Part shown: in pieces, positions 26,682 to 34,133 of the stretch
Position numbering within the stretch: position 1 is the stretch's first letter
Layout of the letters: each line of letters opens with the position of its first letter
Virus record (IMG/VR): IMGVR_UViG_3300029317_000052
Location: 1 to 37,575 of that record
Strand: one strand, 5' to 3'
From: a virus
Taxonomy: Duplodnaviria > Caudoviricetes
DNA: 37,575 nucleotides
Made by a program: the position numbers and the translations under genes
The notes under the pieces: model-generated
What the model was told of the DNA's origin: nothing
What the model saw: only the letters and a program-made list of their open reading frames with translations
Databases searched by the model: none

Positions 26682-26957
26682 CTATTTTGATTTAAATAAT
26701 GTCGTTAAATAACAAATCAAAGAAAAGACAAACCAAAAGACAAAAGGATATGCTAAAAGTTCCGCTATTTGGCTTGATTGCTCGAATGTAACTTTAGGCA
26801 TTTTATCAAACCACATACCCGCAAGAACAATCAAGACAACAAAGCCCAATATATCAAAAATCATATTAAGCTTATGATTATCACTTTTTGGAAATGCTTT
26901 TGTTAATGATTTAACTAAATTAGGAAAAAAATTTAACAATGGTTCTAAAAAAGCCAT
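26682..26957 (-). CDS. moron gene 3: small two-TM membrane protein
   Basis: 91 aa; two hydrophobic segments after an amphipathic N-terminus. Confidence 0.75.
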   Translation of the reverse strand: MAFLEPLLNFFPNLVKSLTKAFPKSDNHKLNMIFDILGFVVLIVLAGMWFDKMPKVTFEQSSQIAELLAYPFVFWFVFSLICYLTTLFKSK

Positions 26958-26958
26958 T

Positions 26959-27531
26959 TTATGTGCTCAACCCTTTGCGTTTTTCATCCACTTTATTTAA
27001 TTGAATGCCACAAGAAAGTAAGACTCCTGCTGCTGAAAATGCCCCAGGTATCCATGTAAGAGCAGGAAGAATGCCTGATACGGCAGCCCCAACTAAAAGA
27101 ATGCAGCCAAGCGAAGAAATATTAACCCCTAGCTTTAATATCTTTTCTTTTTTGACTAAATCATTTTCCATCGCAACTCTCTCTGTCAGAGTAGTAGTCT
27201 CAAGCACATTTGTACTTTTAACTTGTAGCATATTATCTACAAAAGAATCTTTTTCCTTTGCTTCACTCATTATAGATGAATCTAAAGATATTAGTTCATT
27301 AAATTTAAGGGGTAAGGCTGGATTAACTGCAATGAATGCAGCCAATGCAGCTCCCATTATCCCTGCAGAACCAACAGATGAGATTGTCCTAGAAGTCACT
27401 CCTGACCCAACTGAAATAGAACTAACTGAAGCAATAGACGATATTGAAGTTGAACTTAATGAAATCAAAGTATTATCCATTGAAGTATCATTAGCGTATT
27501 CTTTGGTGCTTGTAGAAACAATGCTTTGCAT
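26959..27531 (-). CDS. moron gene 2: Ser-rich N-terminus, three hydrophobic segments
   Basis: 190 aa; TAATG coupling to gene 1. Confidence 0.75.
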   Translation of the reverse strand: MQSIVSTSTKEYANDTSMDNTLISLSSTSISSIASVSSISVGSGVTSRTISSVGSAGIMGAALAAFIAVNPALPLKFNELISLDSSIMSEAKEKDSFVDNMLQVKSTNVLETTTLTERVAMENDLVKKEKILKLGVNISSLGCILLVGAAVSGILPALTWIPGAFSAAGVLLSCGIQLNKVDEKRKGLST

Positions 27532-28070
27532 TATTTACTTTGCTCCATTCTATCAATTACAGTTGAAAGCATTTCATGTATATTTTTCAAATCATCTAAT
27601 GAAACGTTTATAGCAGTAACATGTTCTTTTGTTGGAACGCTATGTATTTCACCACCTTTTTCTCCTAGGGCTGGAAGAAGTTCAAATTCACAAACAGGGC
27701 GATCTGCGTAAAATGATAATTCAAGCCTATTATCATTCAATTGGTGGCATACAGCACCAGTTACCGACTCAACAGAATACTTTGAAGCTCTTCTGTGCTG
27801 TATGCCTGGCTTCATTTGACCATTACCCATTTTTTCCAAAACTTCAGGAGGGATCCCTTGATTAACTGTACCAGCTTCGAAAGCTTCTATTATTTCTGGT
27901 GGTAAGCCTTTAATTTTCCCATTTAATAAATTGTCTCGTAATTCTGTAGGCATACCTTTAATTTGTCCATTTCTTACTTTTTCCATGAACACTGGCGGCA
28001 ATATTCCCTGAATTTTATTTGAGGCTTCCATTGAAATAATTAACTCCTTGAACAATTCAAAATGAAACAC
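27531..28070 (-). CDS. moron gene 1: soluble protein with four ~16-aa repeats and an alpha/beta C-domain
   Basis: 179 aa from GTG 28070; alternative ATG at 28031 with AAGGAG upstream. Confidence 0.75.
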   Translation of the reverse strand: MFHFELFKELIISMEASNKIQGILPPVFMEKVRNGQIKGMPTELRDNLLNGKIKGLPPEIIEAFEAGTVNQGIPPEVLEKMGNGQMKPGIQHRRASKYSVESVTGAVCHQLNDNRLELSFYADRPVCEFELLPALGEKGGEIHSVPTKEHVTAINVSLDDLKNIHEMLSTVIDRMEQSK

Positions 28071-28120
28071 CTACTTAAAAGTAAGTGTTTAGGATTTGTT
28101 TACATATATTTGATAAGCGA

Positions 28121-28149
28121 ATATTAAACATTAACGTTTTTCAATTCAA
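28121..28149 (-). promoter_or_regulatory. putative sigma70 promoter of the moron
   Basis: TTGAAT-17 nt-TAATAT on the minus strand. Confidence 0.55.
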
Positions 28150-28223
28150 CTTAATGTGGGATTTAAGTGGGATTTGGGTGATTTACATACGATTCAAGGT
28201 GTGAACACTGAGGATAATAACAG

Positions 28224-28580
28224 CTACTTAACACTCATCAACGGCAAGCCATGAATATAACTACAATCAAACTGCCCTTTAAAAACAGCGTTACAGCCTT
28301 GTGGTAATGGCAATTTACAACTATTGCAAGTACCAATAGCTGCTTGATCATGTTCAATGCGATCACCATCAATACGCATCAGTGTCATTAAATATTCACT
28401 GATACTATCAAAGCCTCGCGTTATAGCTTGCTCATTAAGTTGCTGTTGCTCGGTAGCACTGGCGTTTACTTCCAAGGTTTTCACCACTAGCTCAGCCTTT
28501 TTAGCCCGTTGTTTTTGCTTGCGTAAACGTGCTTGTTCTCGTATTCTTGCTTTCTCAGCTTCTGCCTGTTCTTTTTTCAT
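28224..28580 (-). CDS. putative ribbon-helix-helix DNA-binding protein with Cys-rich tail
   Basis: Basic RLRKQKQR helix; KTLEVN-helix-RG-SISEYL pattern; CNSC...C...C. Confidence 0.6.
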   Translation of the reverse strand: MKKEQAEAEKARIREQARLRKQKQRAKKAELVVKTLEVNASATEQQQLNEQAITRGFDSISEYLMTLMRIDGDRIEHDQAAIGTCNSCKLPLPQGCNAVFKGQFDCSYIHGLPLMSVK

Positions 28581-28610
28581 CGTGACACCTTGTTAGTTAT
28601 CGTTTTTTTT

Positions 28611-28625
28611 GCGTGACTGTCACGC
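28611..28625. promoter_or_regulatory. palindromic operator-like site
   Basis: GCGTGAC-T-GTCACGC, plus a half-site CGTGACA at 28581-28587. Confidence 0.55.
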
Positions 28626-28632
28626 CCATTAT

Positions 28633-28836
28633 TTAGCGATTAGGTTCATTTGGTGAGTACATCCAATGCGTTGGTATACTTAACTTTTCATCACATTCTA
28701 ATGACAAGAACTCTTGCTTCACTGATGAATACCAAACAATTGCTTTAGCTTGGCACCCTAGAGTATTAAAAAATGCTAATACTTCGCAGCTTTCATTTGG
28801 TAATTCATCAACAACTTTTATCCAAGAGTGAATCAA
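28633..28836 (-). CDS. DUF551-like protein
   Basis: WIKV.DELP...THWM..P..P motif. Confidence 0.8.
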   Translation of the reverse strand: MIHSWIKVVDELPNESCEVLAFFNTLGCQAKAIVWYSSVKQEFLSLECDEKLSIPTHWMYSPNEPNR

Positions 28837-29252
28837 AACAACTTCCCCTGCCTCTTATCAATGAACAACTGACGTTGCTCTGCACATATCTGATAAACCG
28901 ATTGCTGAGTAAGATCATATTTTTTCATTAACGCCCTGTGGTTATGGCCATTAAAATCATGGTACAAATTGGCATCACGCAAGGCTTTTTTAAGTTTGTC
29001 GTTACGTGGTAAATAGACCATGCCACCACCTAAGAAGTGTGATTGACGTATGATCAAACGTTTGGCAATACGCCATGCTTCGTTATGTTCAAAGCCATCA
29101 TCTTTTAGTTCGGCAACATTAACGGTAATTAAGTCAGCTAACATTTTAGGCCATGCGAGGTCATCATTGGCCAAGCTGTCGCTATGCGCTAATAAATCAT
29201 TGAGGTTGTCATCACTTCCTAAATCAAGGGTTAACGATTCTTGCTGGCTCAT
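28833..29252 (-). CDS. Mor/C family transcription activator
   Basis: GGGMVYLP...RD..LY.DFNG.N...L..KY.LT...VYQI signature. Confidence 0.93.
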   Translation of the reverse strand: MSQQESLTLDLGSDDNLNDLLAHSDSLANDDLAWPKMLADLITVNVAELKDDGFEHNEAWRIAKRLIIRQSHFLGGGMVYLPRNDKLKKALRDANLYHDFNGHNHRALMKKYDLTQQSVYQICAEQRQLFIDKRQGKLF

Positions 29253-29782
29253 GCGCTTTCTCCTGCTCTTTTACTTACTTTAAACTTGGCTAATTGTTCC
29301 TGGCGAAGACGCTCATTCTCAACATCACTTAACGTGTGGTAATGTTTGACTTGAGCATTACCCATATCAGTTGCTTTTTTAGCACCACTTTTCATGCCGT
29401 TAACGGGGTGATTAAACTGCTCTTTAAGCCCTGTTAAAACTTGTTTTAAGTAGTTGTGATTGGTTAACGGTTTAACGGTTTCGCCCGTTCCTTGTGAAGA
29501 GCTACGTTTACCATGAATATTGCGCACAGTTGCATCACAACCAGCCGAAAGTAATTGTAAATTAGGGGTTAACTCTAATGCTTCGGTAAGTAACTTTAAC
29601 GCTCGGCCATTGTTTAAATCACTTTTAGCTGGGCGAAATAAACCTACATATTGCAAAACACTACTGCCCGTTTTACTATTCAATTTAGCCAGTGTGGCCA
29701 TTAATTCTCTACCTGCTTCATCCTGAACCATGGCATCAACGTGAACAGCGGCGTGACACGTTGGACATCTGCCTAATTTCAT
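29249..29782 (-). CDS. conserved Mu-like phage protein with N-terminal CxxC
   Basis: RCPTCHA, YVGLFRPAK and PL.NHNYL motifs; located between gemA and mor. Confidence 0.75.
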   Translation of the reverse strand: MKLGRCPTCHAAVHVDAMVQDEAGRELMATLAKLNSKTGSSVLQYVGLFRPAKSDLNNGRALKLLTEALELTPNLQLLSAGCDATVRNIHGKRSSSQGTGETVKPLTNHNYLKQVLTGLKEQFNHPVNGMKSGAKKATDMGNAQVKHYHTLSDVENERLRQEQLAKFKVSKRAGESA

Positions 29783-30450
29783 AATTCTTTACTTACTCCT
29801 ACGTCACATGGATGTGACTGATTAGACAATGCAGGAGCACATTGTCCTGTAGCTTCATCAAAAATAAAACAAAGGTTTTGATAACTTTCTTGTTTAGGTG
29901 CTTTACCTGAAAGCAAAGCAGTACAATGACTTAATGAGGTAAAGCGTTTATGAAGACGCAGCGCTTGCCATTTTTCATCAAGACACTTTATTAACTCGCG
30001 TTTGTGCCAGTTCTTAATGATTTCTAATACCTTGTAAGCTTGTTGCCCGTTTAAAAACTGACAATGAAAGCTGATGTTTTTACCTAACGTTTTTCGGTTA
30101 AGCATTCTGCTAATATAATTATCAAGGGCTTGCTCTGAGCCATCACGCACAAAGCCTTGTTGGTGCATGGTTATCCAAATAGCGCGAATTTTGCCACTTT
30201 CTGGTGATACGCTACGGTTAAGCTTTGGTGCTGTTCGCTTGTTAGTGCTACTTTTCTTTTTCACTTGCTTTTTCTTCACAGTAAAGCCGACACTTTTAAA
30301 GTGTTCAAGTACTTGCTCAAGCTCTTTAATGCTCATTTTGGCGCAACTGCTTTTGCCTGTAACATTGTTTAAAATGCTACGGTAAATGTCTTCATCAAGG
30401 TTAAGCTCTCGCTTGGCTACATGAACTAGCTGTATTAATCGGTTACGCAT
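29779..30450 (-). CDS. gemA: GemA / Mu gp16 (DUF1018) family
   Basis: IQLVHVAKREL.LDED.YR..L...TGK.S, KIRAIW and SE.AL motifs. Confidence 0.9.
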   Translation of the reverse strand: MRNRLIQLVHVAKRELNLDEDIYRSILNNVTGKSSCAKMSIKELEQVLEHFKSVGFTVKKKQVKKKSSTNKRTAPKLNRSVSPESGKIRAIWITMHQQGFVRDGSEQALDNYISRMLNRKTLGKNISFHCQFLNGQQAYKVLEIIKNWHKRELIKCLDEKWQALRLHKRFTSLSHCTALLSGKAPKQESYQNLCFIFDEATGQCAPALSNQSHPCDVGVSKEL

Positions 30451-30628
30451 TTTTATTACCTATTGATGACAAAACCCATTCAATGTGATCTTCAATAAGC
30501 ACACGTATCTCACCATGGCTAATACCGTCATCGGTTAATTGTTTAATAACTTCTGCTATTTGTAATTCTTGAATAATATCCATCAATATTTCTCTCAAAG
30601 GCTGCTCATCAGTACCCAATAACCACAT
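30443..30628 (-). CDS. hypothetical protein
   Basis: 61-aa acidic ORF overlapping the gemA start. Confidence 0.5.
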   Translation of the reverse strand: MWLLGTDEQPLREILMDIIQELQIAEVIKQLTDDGISHGEIRVLIEDHIEWVLSSIGNKNA

Positions 30629-30674
30629 TGGGTAGACCCTGTAATGAAACAGGGTTTCGCTTAGTTAAGGTAAA

Positions 30675-30842
30675 TCACAAGGCAAACTCAGCATCAAAGC
30701 GCTTTTGCTCTTCTAATGCTTCAATACGCCTGCGCCTTGATACTGCCGCCATATCTGACCTGTCTTGCGTTGCTTTATGTTGCATTTTTTTAGCAAACAT
30801 CATAGTAATAGCTTGCTTTTGCTCATGGCTTGGTTGACTCAT
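30675..30842 (-). CDS. 55-aa hypothetical protein (not in the ORF track)
   Basis: MSQPSHEQKQAITMMFAKKMQHKATQDRSDMAAVSRRRRIEALEEQKRFDAEFAL; GAGGT RBS and ATGA overlap with the upstream gene. Confidence 0.7.
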   Translation of the reverse strand: MSQPSHEQKQAITMMFAKKMQHKATQDRSDMAAVSRRRRIEALEEQKRFDAEFAL

Positions 30843-31058
30843 GCTGCTACCTCTTCATTTAATTCAATATGCTCAGTGCCATAACAGCCTGACTTTCCTT
30901 TCAATTTCACAACAACTTCACCATGCCCAAGTAGCCAGGGCTCTGATGCTATTTCACTTTCTTCAAAGTAACTATTGGTAGCAAGAGGGAAGTATTTCAC
31001 CTTAGTGCCAATAGGAAATTTTTCACCAAATTCAACTAAACTCATGCTGCTACCTCTT
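30837..31058. repeat. 19-bp exact direct repeat flanking one early gene
   Basis: ACTCATGCTGCTACCTCTT at 30837-30855 and 31040-31058. Confidence 0.9.
30839..31045 (-). CDS. hypothetical early protein
   Basis: 68 aa, FPIGTKV.Y motif; RBS and ATGA overlaps. Confidence 0.75.
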   Translation of the reverse strand: MSLVEFGEKFPIGTKVKYFPLATNSYFEESEIASEPWLLGHGEVVVKLKGKSGCYGTEHIELNEEVAA

Positions 31059-31263
31059 TTGCATTTTCAAAGCCATTGGCTTGCTCAAACTCTTCAAGAC
31101 ATTCCACCATTAAGCTTGTTTGGCCTTCACTACCTATTACCCAAAGCAAGGCGGCTATTACGCCCTCTTCAAACGTGGCATCCTCACACATTACCGTGCC
31201 GTGCTTTTCTTGAGCTTTAGTAGCCGCGCCAATCTCTTCAATAATTTCTAAACCGTGTTTCAT
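31042..31263 (-). CDS. hypothetical acidic early protein
   Basis: 73 aa, TFEEGV.AAL.WV.G motif; AGGAG RBS. Confidence 0.75.
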   Translation of the reverse strand: MKHGLEIIEEIGAATKAQEKHGTVMCEDATFEEGVIAALLWVIGSEGQTSLMVECLEEFEQANGFENAKEVAA

Positions 31264-31296
31264 AACTCACTCCTGTTACTAAATAGTAATCGCGCC

Positions 31297-31950
31297 TTAT
31301 GCGTTAGCAATGTCTAAACTAATTTGCTCCATGGCATCTTTAGCATTACGTTGATATAAGCGCAGATAGGTTTTAGAGCCAGTAATTGAGATTGAATCAG
31401 CAATGGCCTCCATAGCTTTTAACCACTGTTCGTCTTCAATATCTAGTCGACGTAAACCTAAAATACGGGTAACTGAAATATTGCCCTCTTTATCGGTTTG
31501 AAAAGCATGCTCAATCAAGGCTTTAATGTTGTCATTGCCGCCTTGTGTCCATTCATGAATACAATTATCAATTAACGATTTGGCAACAATTAAGCGCTCA
31601 TCAAAGGTTATATTTTCGTTTATGCTACGTTTGAGCATTTGGTTGCCATCAAAGCTAACTAGGCTGGCATTACCTTTTTTACCACCGATTTGTTGGCCAT
31701 AGGTTTGCGCGCTTAAGTCAATAAAGTCTTGAATGCGCATCAAAGCTTTTACCTTGAACTCTTGCAGCTGCTTGGCGATAGCTTGTGCCTCAGCGGTTAA
31801 CTCTTTCACCAATTCGTCACGAAGCAGATCAATGGCATCAATTTTTGATTCAGGCACCAAGTGGCCTGCGGCATTAGTACGATAGCCTGCTGGCACTTGT
31901 GTTGCTGTTAGTGCTGTGTTTTTTACTGCTTGTTCTGTCATTTCTATCAT
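31297..31950 (-). CDS. DUF3164 family protein
   Basis: PAGY..NA.G.LVP...I..ID..RD, GGKKGN..L.SFDG and SKTY.R.Y motifs; start at ATG 31950 or 31941. Confidence 0.88.
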   Translation of the reverse strand: MIEMTEQAVKNTALTATQVPAGYRTNAAGHLVPESKIDAIDLLRDELVKELTAEAQAIAKQLQEFKVKALMRIQDFIDLSAQTYGQQIGGKKGNASLVSFDGNQMLKRSINENITFDERLIVAKSLIDNCIHEWTQGGNDNIKALIEHAFQTDKEGNISVTRILGLRRLDIEDEQWLKAMEAIADSISITGSKTYLRLYQRNAKDAMEQISLDIANA

Positions 31951-31952
31951 TC

Positions 31953-32222
31953 CTATATTTTCCAAAAGATGATGCAGCCATTTAGGGTGCTAAAATTAAT
32001 GTCTTCTCGTATGCCGTTTTTAGTGCCACGAATAACTAAGGTTTCACTAGGTAACTCACTACGCGGTGCTTGTATTTCAATACGTGGCTTTTGGCGTGCC
32101 ATTTCTACGTTTAATACCGTGATGCCTTTGCTGATTAAATCGCTAATCGCACGTTGTGCCTTGTTCATCTGTTTAATGATCAAGTTGTTTTGTTTATTAT
32201 GTTGTTGCCTGCTTTTAATCAT
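31953..32222 (-). CDS. hypothetical early protein
   Basis: ATG 32222 with AAGGA RBS, overlapping the upstream stop; ends GC.I.W. Confidence 0.7.
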   Translation of the reverse strand: MIKSRQQHNKQNNLIIKQMNKAQRAISDLISKGITVLNVEMARQKPRIEIQAPRSELPSETLVIRGTKNGIREDINFSTLNGCIIFWKI

Positions 32223-32754
32223 TATTATTTTCCTTTTTACCAATACCTTTAATTAAGCGGTTGTATTTAATACCTAGCACTTCTAATTCACTGATGAGTA
32301 GCTCGTTTAAGTGCTGAGCTGTAGCAAAGCTATTGGCGCCATCAGCTTGTCGTGTTAACCGGCGAACTGCACTTTGATAGTCATAGCTTTTAACCGTTCT
32401 AGTAGCATCAAAAGCAATGTTCACTGGACGCTTTAATCGTTCAGTTAAACTGCTATGTGGACAGCCACTACGGCAGGACTTATACAACTGCATATAAAGA
32501 GGATTACTTGAAATTCCTTTACGTGCTTGATGCTGCATACACTCATGCAAAGCTAATTCACCTAACACAGGGCAATTAACACACCGTTGTAAAAATGCCC
32601 CTTCAACTAACTTTTCAATACGTTGCATATCTCCTGGATATTTTTCATTAACTACCTGAGATATACAGGCAGTGGATACACCAAGCATTTTGGCAACCTT
32701 AGGTTGTCCGCTTTCAGCTACCTGTTGACGAAGTACTTCAAGCCACTTGATCAT
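32215..32754 (-). CDS. HTH protein with Cys-rich domain
   Basis: Q..VA..LGVS.A.ISQV...KYPGD...CPVLG...C...CRSGC. Start reassigned to ATG 32754 (TAAGGA RBS). Confidence 0.8.
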   Translation of the reverse strand: MIKWLEVLRQQVAESGQPKVAKMLGVSTACISQVVNEKYPGDMQRIEKLVEGAFLQRCVNCPVLGELALHECMQHQARKGISSNPLYMQLYKSCRSGCPHSSLTERLKRPVNIAFDATRTVKSYDYQSAVRRLTRQADGANSFATAQHLNELLISELEVLGIKYNRLIKGIGKKENNND

Positions 32755-33331
32755 GATGATTTTCCTTATTCGTTCCATTGAATGGATAAAGTTGCTGTTC
32801 GTTTTGATCCCAACAACCATCTTTGCGAACTATCGGACATAAACGCCCAGTATCTCTTAGTAATTGATAAGTACTGGCTCTCCCCTTAACTTCACAATTA
32901 GGTAAGGCTGTATTGACGGCATACTTAACGCGTACATAGCTTGAGTTAACTAATTTACGAAGGTACAAACTTGCATTTGCCTCTGTAACAGCAGCAAGGC
33001 AAACTAGATCCGCAACAGAAACAACTCGTTGAATTTTTAAGCTGTTCCAAATTTTTTGACGGCCTGTTTTCTTGTATTGACGTTTTGAAACAGTACTTCT
33101 ACCTGCTGTTAGTATTGGTTTTGATGCAGCAATAACGGCAAAGTGATAAATACGACCTACTTTTTGCTTTACTGCACATTTTTGTTGAACAAAACCATTT
33201 AGTACATTGCGACAATGGTTAACTGATATTTTTAGCTCTTTAGCAACTTCAAGGCTGCTAACTAAACAATCCTTTGCAAGCATGTACTGCCAAATCCTTT
33301 GACATACTTGATTTTTATTGTTTGTTTTCAC
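32738..33331 (-). CDS. tandem winged-helix DNA-binding protein
   Basis: Two Q.IW...helix-turn-helix repeats; YQL.RDTG..CP motif; GTG start. Confidence 0.75.
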   Translation of the reverse strand: MKTNNKNQVCQRIWQYMLAKDCLVSSLEVAKELKISVNHCRNVLNGFVQQKCAVKQKVGRIYHFAVIAASKPILTAGRSTVSKRQYKKTGRQKIWNSLKIQRVVSVADLVCLAAVTEANASLYLRKLVNSSYVRVKYAVNTALPNCEVKGRASTYQLLRDTGRLCPIVRKDGCWDQNEQQLYPFNGTNKENHHDQVA

Positions 33332-33368
33332 TTTTAATTACTTCTTTTAATACTTGTTTTAGTGGAGT

Positions 33369-34088
33369 TTAGCGGCGGCGGCTATCAAGGAATATTTCAC
33401 GAATATCTACATCATCTAATGAAATTTTGTCTCGGTCTGCAGCAATGGCTTTACGCTCTATTTTCTCTAAAGCAGATAAAATACGGCGAACTTCACCATT
33501 AGCTTTACTCTGTATAGCGTCAAGTAAGTCTTCTGATAAGCGAATTTCATTTTCTAACAGCTCATCGGCAAATAGTGCAACGTCTTCCAAATCAGCCGGT
33601 TTAAATTCAATCCATTCACTAATACGATTAAATAGTTGTTTACGATGGCTTATGCGGCGTGCAATTTGATCCATACCTATAAGTAGTACTGGCTGTTGGG
33701 TTAAGTCGTAAATATCGCGTAGTGACTCCATAATACGAGTAGAGCCAATCACGTAATCAACTTCATCAATAAACAATGACAATTCTTTGTAACGCATACG
33801 TTCAACAATATCGTCAACCATACGGCCTAACGGGTATTTAGGCTCAAGCCCCATTTCAAAGGCAATTTTGGTTAATAATGATGACGGGGTATCAGTCGCA
33901 CGGCAGCGAACATAGATAGCATCTACATGATCTTGGTTGAATAACCAGGTCATGGTGGTTGTTTTACCAAAGCCACTCGGACCATGTACAAGGCCTATGC
34001 CTTCAACAATTGCACTACGGCTATTTAAGTTGTCAAACAACTCTTCACAGCGTAAAACGTTTTTTACTTCGACAGTTTTCAATTTCAT
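33369..34088 (-). CDS. MuB-like AAA+ transposition ATPase
   Basis: Walker A GPSGFGKT, Walker B LFIDEVD; directly after the transposase. Confidence 0.93.
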   Translation of the reverse strand: MKLKTVEVKNVLRCEELFDNLNSRSAIVEGIGLVHGPSGFGKTTTMTWLFNQDHVDAIYVRCRATDTPSSLLTKIAFEMGLEPKYPLGRMVDDIVERMRYKELSLFIDEVDYVIGSTRIMESLRDIYDLTQQPVLLIGMDQIARRISHRKQLFNRISEWIEFKPADLEDVALFADELLENEIRLSEDLLDAIQSKANGEVRRILSALEKIERKAIAADRDKISLDDVDIREIFLDSRRR

Positions 34089-34133
34089 AGGTATTATCCT
34101 TAGTGTGATTGCCCTTTCGGGCGTTTACTCTAG

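Noticed and set aside
26682-26957. Two-TM gene upstream of the endolysin as the holin
   Set aside because: It is coupled to the moron operon and separated from the lysin by a terminator and the late promoter. Not fully excluded.
27005-27613. 202-aa plus-strand ORF antisense to moron gene 2
   Set aside because: Lies opposite a coupled minus-strand operon that has its own promoter and terminator. Its acidic/Pro composition mirrors the Ser-rich sense codons, so it is most likely a shadow ORF.
28603-28625. T-tract plus inverted repeat as an intrinsic terminator
   Set aside because: The T-run is on the wrong side of the stem on both strands and the loop would be 1 nt; it fits an operator better.
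20016-31270. TCATAACTCAC shared at 20016-20026 and 31260-31270
   Set aside because: Only 11 bp and explained by similar RBS-plus-start sequences.
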